A DNA stretch of 58,784 nucleotides, the filler included, from Sphacelaria rigidula (taxonomy: Eukaryota): assembly GCA_964200075.2 (NCBI GenBank). It is 6 parts of 6 records of this genome, joined end to end, with 100 filler letters (N's around TTAATTAATTAA, not from the genome) between each part and the next. Parts side by side here need not be neighbours in the genome. Positions count along the whole stretch, not along the records: positions 39,258 to 48,971 come from CAXNAA020007911.1; positions 49,072 to 58,784 come from CAXNAA020007912.1; 4 more parts are not named here. The stretch is one strand, 5' to 3'. Positions 48,900 through 58,784 of this stretch are shown in pieces. Within the stretch, counting starts at the first letter, position 1. Every line of letters starts with the position of its first letter. The position numbers and the translations under genes were made by a program. The notes below the pieces were generated by a model. The model saw nothing but the letters and a program-made list of their open reading frames with translations. It did not search any database and had not been told where the DNA came from.

Positions 48900-49711
48900 A
48901 GGCCGCGCCCACAACCCCCCCCCGCCCGGCGCGCTCACCCGGCCGCGGCCGCGGGCGGGCGCCAAGGCAAGNNNNNNNNNNNNNNNNNNNNNNNNNNNNN
49001 NNNNNNNNNNNNNNNTTAATTAATTAANNNNNNNNNNNNNNNNNNNNNNNNNNNNNNNNNNNNNNNNNNNNTGTTGTGAAATCACTGTTTTATGCTTTAG
49101 CCTCATCTCGAAGTTAAACCTCAATTCTCACAATTTGTTGTTTTGTATTATTACGGTAGCCGTTGCATACTGTTGCACGGGGTCTTAGGATGCCCTGCGT
49201 ACCCAATGCAACCCATCCAGAGACTACCTTCCACACCCACCCAATGCATAATTTGCTTTTCTTCTGAGGCAGCTAAGCCAAGCTACTTTACAGAGTAACA
49301 TGGACAATATGAGAGCAGAAAGACAGGCCGGGGGCGCAGAAAACAACGGCGTCTTCGGTAGTGAAGGTTCCCATAGTCAACAGGGGGAGTTCAACATAAA
49401 TAGGACAACGGAGCGACGCGGTGCTGGAGTTCGAAGAGAGCGACGGTACATCGGGAGCCAAGCTGTTCCAGAGGACGGAGCGCGCGACGCAATGGACAAC
49501 GAGGCCACCAGTGACGGAGCTAGGGGCCTTGTCCCCGCACGTGAGTCAATCCAAATAAACGATTCAAGCGGAAATGTTTCAGGAGTTCCCGCTTTTCGAC
49601 AGAACGTCCCAAAAGTTTCCGGGAAGAGCGCTGATTATGCTCGGTACAGGCATGAACTGGTCAACTTCGCAAGGGGCGAAGGAATTGGCTGGGTGTTCAC
49701 CATGGCCGGCG

Positions 49712-49960
49712 GACACTTTCTACGATAGCCTCCCCCCCCCAAATGCATGGTTTTGGGAAGCGAAATCTTGACGTAAATCGAAATGGGAAAAGCCGAGGAT
49801 AACGAGCAGCTGGGCACTCCCACGCTTGGGTTCGTTCGAGCCAATGTTGCCAGTATGAGGCGCTTCATTCAGCCTGAACCCAAACATCAGGCCCTATATG
49901 GCCATTTTTTTCGTGACACTTTTGGGCTGGTTTTGGGGGGGGGCTATCGCAGAAAGTGTC
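49712..49960. mobile_element. MITE nested in copia gag, 4-bp TSD GGCG
   Basis: TIRs are GACACTTTCTACGATAGCC...CCCCAAA and TTTTGGGG...GGCTATCGCAGAAAGTGTC, with GGCG on both sides. Removing it rejoins gag in frame (FTMAG|DSSHDVDVGNPE). Confidence 0.88.
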
Positions 49961-52900
49961 GGCGATAGTTCTCACGATGTAGATGTCGGTAATCCTGAAA
50001 AATAAATGGGGTATCTGGAGAGCAGACATAGAAAGGACGCAGTGGCGGCCAACGTAAGGGCCAGACAAATGCTTGTAGCTAGTTTAGAAGGAAGGAGGGA
50101 GCAAGATATTTTTCTTACAATCCACTCACCTGCTGCGGTTTGGAGAAAACTCGAGGATGTATTTCGCCCCAAAACAAATGGGGCGAGAACCGCTTTGTTG
50201 GAAAAGTTCGATGGAGTCAAGATTGGTGTCCGTGATGATCCAGAGCAGAAGCTGCTCGAGATGGAGGAAATTGCACGTAACCTGAATTCATACGAGGAGC
50301 ATGAACGACTAAGCGAAAACCATATTCTCTTGAAATTCCTCAACGCGTTGCCCTTCGAGTATCACATCCAGAAGCAACTGCTCGAGGATCGAGAGGGGTC
50401 GCTGACACGGGAGGTTGTGTTGACTTTGATCCGAAAGCGCTTCGAATCAACATCTTCAAAGCAGGAACTTGCCCAGGTAAGGAAGTCATCCCCGGGCGTC
50501 CAGGCTCCCCTTGCCAGGGGTGGGACCGGAAAACCGAGCGGTGCGCACCGCAAGGGAAAACCGGAAAAATCCAAGGGCTCTGGTCAGAAAAACGGCGGGA
50601 GCCAGAGTTCAAGTAGCTCTGGGTCGGCATCATCGGACGGCAAGCCGGCGACTGGGCAGCTGCTCCGCTGCCACGTTTGCGACGAGAACACGACGCATCG
50701 AGCCAGGAACTGCCCGAAGAGATACTGCGGGAGGTGCGGTCAATAGGGGCACACGTTCTGGGACTGTCCGAGATCGACAGCGAAGAAAGAAGAAGCGGTG
50801 ATGGCGATGGGCGCGGCCGACGACAGCAATAGCTCCTCCGTCTGTTCGGTGGCGGATGGGGAGGCTTTCACCTCTCTTGACACCACCATCAACGACGACA
50901 CAAGCGAGAATGCATTGAGTATTGAGTGTCGAGCGGGGGGGGTGATAGCCAGCAGGGTGAGGGCGAACCGTGGGTATTGGACACGGGGGCTACCCAGCCT
51001 TTCTCCCACGATTCTCATGGGATGACGGCGTACAGAGAGTGCAAGGGTAGGGTACTACGGTGCGCGGGAGGCAGTACTTACCCGATCGTAGGCAGAGGAT
51101 ATTTGTCTCTTGCCTTCAGATCTGACGGACAGGATGTAATCCTAAAACTAATGGATGTTGACCATGTACCTGGTGTCCGTCATCACCTCTTGTCACTCAC
51201 GAGGGTCCAACACATGGGACACACCTACACTGGGTTTCGTACAGGTGTCAGGGTAGATCTCAATTCAGGCAATACACTGATAATACCCGGACAACCCCGT
51301 CAACTCAGAATGTACGCCCGCCGCCTCGATCAAAGTGGTAGTGACAAGCGTGCTTCGGCATATGCTGTTATTGCCCCGGGGGCTCCGCCTAGCCCCCAGA
51401 CCGCTGACATCAACGAGTTTCACTGTGCCCACGCTCACCTTCACGAGGATTTACTGAGGAAGACGGTGAAGCAGTAGCGAAAGCAGCTGGCGGGGGGGTT
51501 GCAGCCCTGCCGCGGCTGCTCAGAGGCGAAGGGACTGCGGGCACCGATTCCAAGAACGACACACACGAGAGCACAAACGATCCAGACACCGGGCGAGCTG
51601 AAGGATTCCAGCGTCGATCAAGGCCAGGGTGTGGGTGGAAGACAGGACGGAAAGCTCGACAACTTCGCTCAGCGGTTCCTCAAGCACGCCGTCCTCCACG
51701 CCAAGTTCCGTTGGTAGGAGGGGCGGAGCAGCACCGCAGATCCCCGTCAGCAGTTGAGGGGGCGCAGTGCCTTCACCGTCCCCGCGAGGGGGGGGGGGAA
51801 GGCGGGGTGAGACCAGAGATCCTCGTTCCAGATTATATCACCGGAGGGGGTGAGGTGGAGCCGGAATCATCGTCATCATCATCATCATCAAACGCCAACA
51901 TCAGCGCAGACGCCGATACCTACGCCGACGCAGACACCAGCGCAGACGCCGACACCTACACCGACGCCTACACCTACGCCGACGCCCACATCGGCATCGA
52001 ACACTGCCTCGTCGCCCGCACTGTCACCCTCTTCCACGGGTCCCTCGCAAGATGGCGGGGGGGGCGGCGACGCTCCTCAACTCCCGAGGACCGAGCAACG
52101 CCGTCTTGCCTGGGCTGACCGGTTACCAACACCAAGGGCGGGACGTACGAGGAGCCAAACGCGCGAGGCAATGGGGTCGGTACACGCACGAGACGAAACG
52201 CTGGTGGCTGGCGGAGCGGAAGGAAAGCAAGAAGGAAGCGGAGATGGCGCTGGCAGGAATGGCAGAGGACAAATGGTCAACCATGGAGATGATCACCGCG
52301 GCAGCAGGACAGGTGGCCGGACAAGACGCAATCGTTTCGACTCTACACGAGTTAGCTGAAAACGATTTTGTTTGTTTTGTTGCTGAGGAAAGCAGGGTAG
52401 GGCAGCCTGCATTCGGTTTGCGTTCACCGGTTGGTCCACACGCAAGCGGAATAGAGGCAGCACCAACCAGTATGGATGACATTGCCAAGTCAGAATTTCG
52501 AAAGGCATGGTTAGGCGCGATGCAGGCCGAGCTAGGAGGTCGCGAAAAGGCTGGAACATTTTCGACTGGCCCTGTACCGGAAGCAGCAAACGTGATTTCA
52601 GCGAAGTGGGTTTTTAGTTGGAAGCAGATGGTACTGTAACGAAGGCAGAGGCAAGGTTGGTAGCGCAAGGTTTTGGACAACGTTTTGCAGTAGAATATTT
52701 CGAGACTTTCGCAGCAACGCCCTCCATGGCCTCCATCAAACTGATCATGGCAGTGGCAGTTCAGGAAGAGTGGCCACTGTACAATTTTGATGTGACACAG
52801 GCTTTTGTTGTTCAAGCAGAAATGGATACTGAAGTGTACATGAGATTGCCTGAAGGATGCTCCATTTTGACAGACGTGACCGTGAAGCTTGAAAAATCTA

Positions 52901-53554
52901 TTTACGGGATCAAGCGAGCGGGAAGGTAGTGGTCTCGTCTTCTGTGCCACACTTTGCTGGAGGATGTCGGGATGGTGCAGTGTGAGGCTGACCCATGTGT
53001 ATTCAAGATGGAGGCTGCAGGAGAAGTACGTGTGATTTTAGTTGTGCATGTGGACGATATCCTCATTAGTGGTTCTGAGGAATACGTAAGAAAGGTGAGC
53101 CAAACCCTCAACGAAAATTTCCCTACGAACAATCTCGGAGAGGTCACCTGGCACATGGGGTGCGCAGTGGATAGAGACTGGGATAGAGGCACGCTGTCTG
53201 TGACGCAAACCACGTTCACAGATACGCTCCTGAAGCGTTTTGAGGTGAGGGGGTACTCGGAAATCCCTGCGTCTGTTTCTGTAAAGTTGGGGCCGACAAC
53301 GAGCGAAGACAAAAAGGTGAATCGCCCATACCGTAACGCAGTGGGGGGTTGATGTGGCTGGTAATAGTCACCAGACCCGACATCGCGAATTCGGTACGAG
53401 CGCTTGCTCGCTAGTCGCATGACCCATGCGAGAGGCACTGGGAAGCTGTGATGAAAGTGTTGAAGTACCTCAATGAGACCAAGGAGTTTGGACTTACGTT
53501 CAAGGAAGGTCATGATAGGCTCTCAGTCTACTGCGACGCAGACTACGCTAAGAA

Positions 53555-53998
53555 TACGGGATCTTACAAATTGGGGATGGATCTTTTATTGGGTATGAGA
53601 AACCCGGATAATTAAAATCTTCGTATCCACACCAAATATTCGAAACATAGTTAGTTCTATTTCTTCACCTACTGATAGCTATTGGCAACTGCTACACGCC
53701 ATATAAATTTGGATTGCAATAACCGAAACGTTGGGGTCCCAGGTAAAAAACCATTTTTGGGGAATTCCGGATGTGCGAACGGACGCCAAAATTGTTCCGA
53801 GAATGGTTTTTGACCTAGCACCCCAACATTTCGGTGGTCGACATCCGAAACTCTATGACGTGTAGCAATTGTCAATAGCTATCAGTAGGTGCAGAAGTGG
53901 AACCATGTTTCGAAGATTTGGTGTAGATACGAATATTTTAATTCTCCGGGTTTCTCGTCCCCAATAAAAGGTCCATCCCCAATTTGTAAGATCCCGTG
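53555..53998. mobile_element. Foldback-type MITE nested in copia RNase H
   Basis: Termini are TACGGGATCTTACAAATTGGGGATGGA and TCCATCCCCAATTTGTAAGATCCCGTG, with imperfect inverted arms reaching almost to the centre. The target is duplicated as (gc)TAAGAA / (tt)TAAGAA. Removal restores DADYAKKETDRRSVSG. Confidence 0.9.
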
Positions 53999-54761
53999 TT
54001 TAAGAAGGAAACGGATAGGCGTTCGGTATCAGGGGTAGCCGTAATGTACGGTGGTGTGGTAGTGTCGGCAACGAGCCGCACGCAACACTGCGTGACTCTG
54101 TCAATTACGGAGGCAGAGCATGTTGCAATGGCCGAGGGGGCAAATGAGGGGTTGTTTGTGAAGGCAGTGTTGACGTTCCTGCGACCGCAGACTGTGTCGG
54201 GAAGCGGGGAGGACCAATAAGGTATTATTTTGCACGAGGACAACGAGGGAGCAAAAGCTCTGGCCGAGAATCCTCTCAGTTCCGAAAGGAGTAAGCACAT
54301 AGACGTGAGATATCACTTCATTCGAGAGCTGGTGGGGACGGGAAAGGTCAGAGTTGTACATGTAGGCTCAGGATGGCAGCATGCAGATATTTTGACGAAG
54401 CCTCTTTCGATCAGCCTGTTTACGAGGCACAGACGTTTTTTTTAAGAACTTTGAAGGTGACAAGTAGGTACGTTTTCTGTGTGTACCATTGTGCTCGTGC
54501 CGGGTATTTTTAGATGTTCAAGTGATGCATTTATGCGCATTTCGGGTTGAGCCACCCACGCTACTTTGAGGGGCGTGGGTTATGTAGGGCGTTTCCTGAC
54601 ATGTCGTGTATCTGCCTTGACCGGCGTTCATAGATTATCTAGATGGAGCACAACAAGCTGTTGAGGGGAGGGAGTTTTTGCCCGGATGGCCGGGTTTCCC
54701 CCTTGAAACTTTTTTTGAGAGAGAGAAAGCCACGGCGACTGATGTACCGGTTCAGAGGGGG

Positions 54762-54905
54762 TGTTCATGTGAACAGGTACACTGAGTGAACATGCACATG
54801 TGCGGGTAGATTAATGCGAACGTGCGGGTACTGATAGTCGAGTGTGTGTGACTACAGTACCCCGCTCATGGCAGCTACCACGCTGCCTGCTGAGCTCACT
54901 CAACA
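54762..54905 (+). repeat. Candidate copia 3' LTR
   Basis: Begins TGTT immediately after the polypurine tract and ends AACA. There is no second copy in the window to confirm the right boundary. Confidence 0.55.
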
Positions 54906-56304
54906 TCTGATCCCTCTGTCATAGGGTCGACTCAGTCTAGGCACTCTCCAATAATACAAAAGATAAAACTATATCTATCCTTCGCTACGGGCCACGGAAT
55001 AGCCCTTTGTATATTGCCCCCGTTGTTTATTCTGATATGTTCGGCTTGGAATTTCGTGCAAGAAGTGGCCCGAAATACCCCCCACCCCCCCCTCACCCCC
55101 CTATCGTTGTGTGACCCATTGGTGGTTGATTCTCATGTGTACGTTGATGAGGTGAGTATACTATCAGACAATGTCACGAGCAGGGGGGGAGTGAAAAATA
55201 CTCGAACCAGTGCGCAATAGATGTAGTGATGATGAATAGATCGGCAGAGAGAGAGAGAGAGAGAGATGAACCAGACTGATGCGGGGAATATGCTTCATAT
55301 TTCAGTGGTTTTGATTGGCTCATTTCCCCCGGCTGTATTGGATGATGCCCACACATCACAGCGAGGAGTCTATCGTTTGTGCACTGAGGAGTTCTTGTGT
55401 TACGTCCTGAGGAGCTCTTGAGCTCATGTGTTGGGAAGTTCTTGTGGTTGTATATTAAGGAGTTCCTGGCTTTGGCGATGTTGGAAGGAGGCATGCCCCC
55501 TTTCTCACTTCTTTTTCTTCGTTCCTCCACCTCGACTTCACAACTTCACCACTTCGACAATATTGTGGATTTTTGCTTCTTCCTTTTTGACCAAGTTGCC
55601 ACCATCTCCCCGTGGACGGGCAGTAACACACTTTTTGCACACAGGCTTCGTTGTGCGACTGCTCCACGAGCACATCCGTCCTGGGTTTATCCATATAGAC
55701 AGCAGTAATATGTAGCTGCTTTGCGTCTCCACCGCCCAGTCCAGTCCAGATCTTAACGACCAGCACCTGCCAAAGCAGCAGCGAATGGAACACCTTGTTC
55801 ACGGTACGGCCAGGAGCTACTTGACAGCACAAAGGTATGTGATTCCAGACTGATAAAATGATGAGTGGTGTTAGTGAGGCTCTCATTGCAGGATATCTCC
55901 TCACGCACAACAACTGGCCGCGTTGGCCGTCGAATTTTGCCAACAACGAGTCACTTTGGCCATGCAGTACAGATCGTCGCGCTGAAATTGATGTTAAGCG
56001 AGACCAACTGGCACGAGTTCATTGAAGACACGGCGTGCTAGCGCGCTACTGGGGATTCCCAGAAGCAGCCGCGTTTTCAGGCCGGGGTAGGTATACTTAT
56101 ATAGTTGCCAGTTCTTTTCATGTGCCTGTACTTGGGGTGGAGGTATGTTTTCGTTCACGCGAGCGGGTCGACGATTTGATGTTCATGGCTAAGCAAACTT
56201 GGCTTCTTTGTCCAACCCCATGATGGATACTGTCACGCAATAACGATAACCTCACGCGTAACACATGCAGTGCCGAAAACCCTCGGGCGGACCAGGTGGG
56301 TATA

Positions 56305-56809
56305 CTTCCTCTGCCCCATAAGTAAAGGTACCTAAATTTGTACGGGCCCTTGACGATGTCCGATCGTTTTTTTTTTCTTTTATGAACTCCACGGTGTTTT
56401 TTGGGTTGAGAAATGTGTTTGAAATTTGCAGCTTGTGCTTGAACCATGCCGCCGAACGGCTGCAAAAAAAGTAGTCGGCCCAAAAATAGCCGTTTTTTGT
56501 CCCTTTCCGAGGGGGAAAAAAGTGTCGCTTTTTTTTCATATTCATATTCATCCACAGGAAGGCAGGGGAAATAAAAAAAAAACCCGACACTTTCTTCCCC
56601 CTCGGAAAAGGACAAAAACGGCCACTTTGGGGCCAACTACTTTTTTGCAGCCGTTCGACGGCATGGTTCAAGCACAAGCTGCAATTTTTAAAACACATTT
56701 TCTCAACCCAAAAAACACCGTAGAGTTCATTACAAAAAACAAACAAACGATCGGGCATCGTTAAGGCCCCGTACAAATTCGGGTACCTTTACTTATGGGA
56801 CAGAGGAAG
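56305..56809. mobile_element. Stowaway-like (Tc1/mariner) MITE with long inverted arms
   Basis: TA|CTTCCTCTGCCCCATAAGTAAAGGTACC ... GGTACCTTTACTTATGGGACAGAGGAAG|TA, with arms over 200 bp. The terminus resembles the Stowaway consensus CTCCCTCCGTCCCA. Confidence 0.9.
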
Positions 56810-58784
56810 TATACTAAGTATCACGAGTATTCATTTTGCATATACAATGTATAGAAGGTACATATTGTTGAGCGCAAGGAGGTCAACGAACTGCACGCAC
56901 CATGACCTACTGGATTGTTCGCCGACAAGGCGGATAGAACCTCCACCTCAGAGCTCATACACTGCGACTGAAAAGCGTTTTCGGTTAGGTATGTGGCTTC
57001 GTCCAGCTGCGTACAGAGCTTGGTGCAAAATTGTAACATCCGGCTTTGACGTCAGTAGATCTTTCAGCACGAGCTGCTCATCGTATAGATAACACATGGC
57101 AACAAAACCACACTTGACGGTACACTACCGTACGTTACAGCACAGTAGAGTAGTCTCAGTTGTTCCTGTTTTCGGAACAAGATGACATGACTTCACCAAT
57201 AACCTGCACCTGGGAAAATTCAACCCCTTTCAATCTTGCGTCTGGCCCCTCACCCGTAACTACGCCTATACTCTTCAGACGCGACAGGGGGGGGGGGGGC
57301 GTACTCATTTGCTGCTTGCCTTAGTCGTTTGACCATTGACCACGCATGCTCGAACGGGGAAGGAAGGGGGGTTGCCACAATTTAATATATTTATTTCTCT
57401 CCATGACTAAACTAGGGTGGATTCATCTTTTGAAGATACATGCAGCACCACGATTCTGAAAGCTGCGATGCTTAGGTTGCTAGGATGTATGCTCATTTCC
57501 CGCGATCCCGGTCCGTGAAAAAGCACAAAAAAAATCCAAGAAAGAGAAAGCGGGCGGTAGCCACCGTCATGGAAAGGGTCGGACAAATTGATGATTCGTC
57601 TGGAAATTACTTGATTTTCAGTGTGATTGATTCATACCGCATGATCAACCCTTGGGCTTTGTTTTTCCACGTTGCAACCCAGGTACGCGCAACCCAGATA
57701 CATGGAATGGCACAAGAAAATACGTGGAGACCTTTTTGACCAGCGGTCAACTTTGTTCTCTCTTTCGAGCAATCAGGCCTAAAAAATCGTGGATTTGGAG
57801 CTTCGAACCGGCGATGATTCGTCCGAAACGTGGTAGCTACCGTCATGGCACCCGCGGGGGAGGGAAAAAAAAAGAGAACGGATCAAATAACGACGGTTCT
57901 GTATGTCGAAAAAGCGATGTTACCAACGATGCCACAGCAAACCAGGGTTATACTCGCTTTTGACACTTGGATCTCCGGAGAAGAAACATAAACAACACAC
58001 AAAAAAATGGAGATCAATCTTCCCACACACGCAAAAGCAAGAGGATATGTTTAATCTTTGCCCCGTGAACAAAACCACGCTTGTTGCGTGCACATACAGC
58101 TACAGGCAACCGCACGTTACTCAAAAGACGCACACGAGTGCAGGACACACCTCTCGGCGGAAAAATGACGTCGGTGTACCGCTACGTGACAAAGCGCACA
58201 CATCCTTGGTATAGGCGGGGCGGGGGGGGGGGGTGTGTGTGTGGAAAAGGGCTCGGGGGCTACACCGGGGAACATGGCCAACTTACTAGCCACCGCGCTC
58301 CTGATGCCTCCAACTAGTACATCTCGGAAGCGACTACGGCGGAAATGAGAAATCAAGCTCCGGCAACAATATTTTTTTTCCCCTTGAGAGCACCTGGTTT
58401 GATCGTTGAAAATATGCCGATATGAGTAGTGACGAAAATATTTGACGAAAAGCCGCCAAATTGCGGGATTGCTGGCCCGCGAATCCGTGATACACCAAAA
58501 ATGTCAGGCAGAAGCGACCAAAAACCAAACATACAAAAAATTGAAGAGCCAAAAAGATTAAAAGAAAACTCCAGTCCAGTCCAGTCCAGTCCAATGCACT
58601 CCAGTCCGATCCACCTGTTGAGCCTACAGTAGTCACTCCTTCACTTCCTCTTTTTTTTCTTCTTCTCTCTGTCTCTGTCTCTCTTTTGAAAGTTTTCTTC
58701 ATCCTTGCAGGATTTCACAAATGCGGAGATTCGGAACAAACCGCACATATATCTCAAACCCCAACCCCCACCACCCCAACTAAA

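Larger units (their letters stand above)
49300..54905 (+). mobile_element. Ty1/copia LTR retrotransposon, degenerate, integrase core deleted
   Basis: Recognisable parts are gag (VWRKLEDVF...FLNALPFEY, knuckles CHVC..H..C and CGRC), protease WVLDTGAT, GAG-pre-integrase (HCAHAHL...CRGC), RT (KWVF, ARLVAQGF, SIYGIKRAGR, VHVDD) and RNase H (YCDADYA...RRSVSG, EAEH, EDN, KHIDVRYHF, ADILTKPL). It has many stops and frameshifts. A PPT (AGAGGGGG, 54754-54761) precedes a candidate 3' LTR. No 5' LTR was found. Confidence 0.93.

Noticed and set aside
55455..55946. 163-aa minus-strand ORF as a gene or downstream symplekin exon
   Set aside because: It has no recognisable motif, is on the wrong strand and contig for symplekin, and shows no supported exon chain.
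58750..58784. Telomere repeats at the window end
   Set aside because: This is only an irregular C/A-rich stretch, with no consecutive exact CCCTAA or CCCTAAA units.

Overview
This is eukaryotic, intron-rich, roughly 50% GC DNA. Gene content, splice signals and repeats suggest a stramenopile, most likely a brown alga (inference). The window is not one locus: six contigs of near-identical, descending length (1-9715, 9816-19529, 19630-29343, 29444-39157, 39258-48971, 49072-58784) are joined by an artificial 100-bp spacer, N44-TTAATTAATTAA-N44. Three partial multi-exon genes can be spliced by hand: an NADPH-oxidase/ferric-reductase homolog (contig 1), the C-terminal half of proteasome ATPase RPT4 (contig 4) and the N-terminal/middle part of symplekin (contig 5). 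The rest is transposon-derived. It includes a multiply deleted Ty3/gypsy element whose empty-site paralog is also in the window, a decayed Ty1/copia element with two nested MITEs, and non-autonomous elements resembling Tc1/mariner, CACTA, hAT, PIF/Harbinger and Sola2. The least explained structures are inverted-arm tandem arrays, especially a 42-bp-unit array (about 20250-21660) whose units carry a TGAGTTAT-N5-ATAACTCA dyad. A possible decayed kinase gene lies on contig 2. No CRISPR array, rRNA or clear functional tRNA was found.
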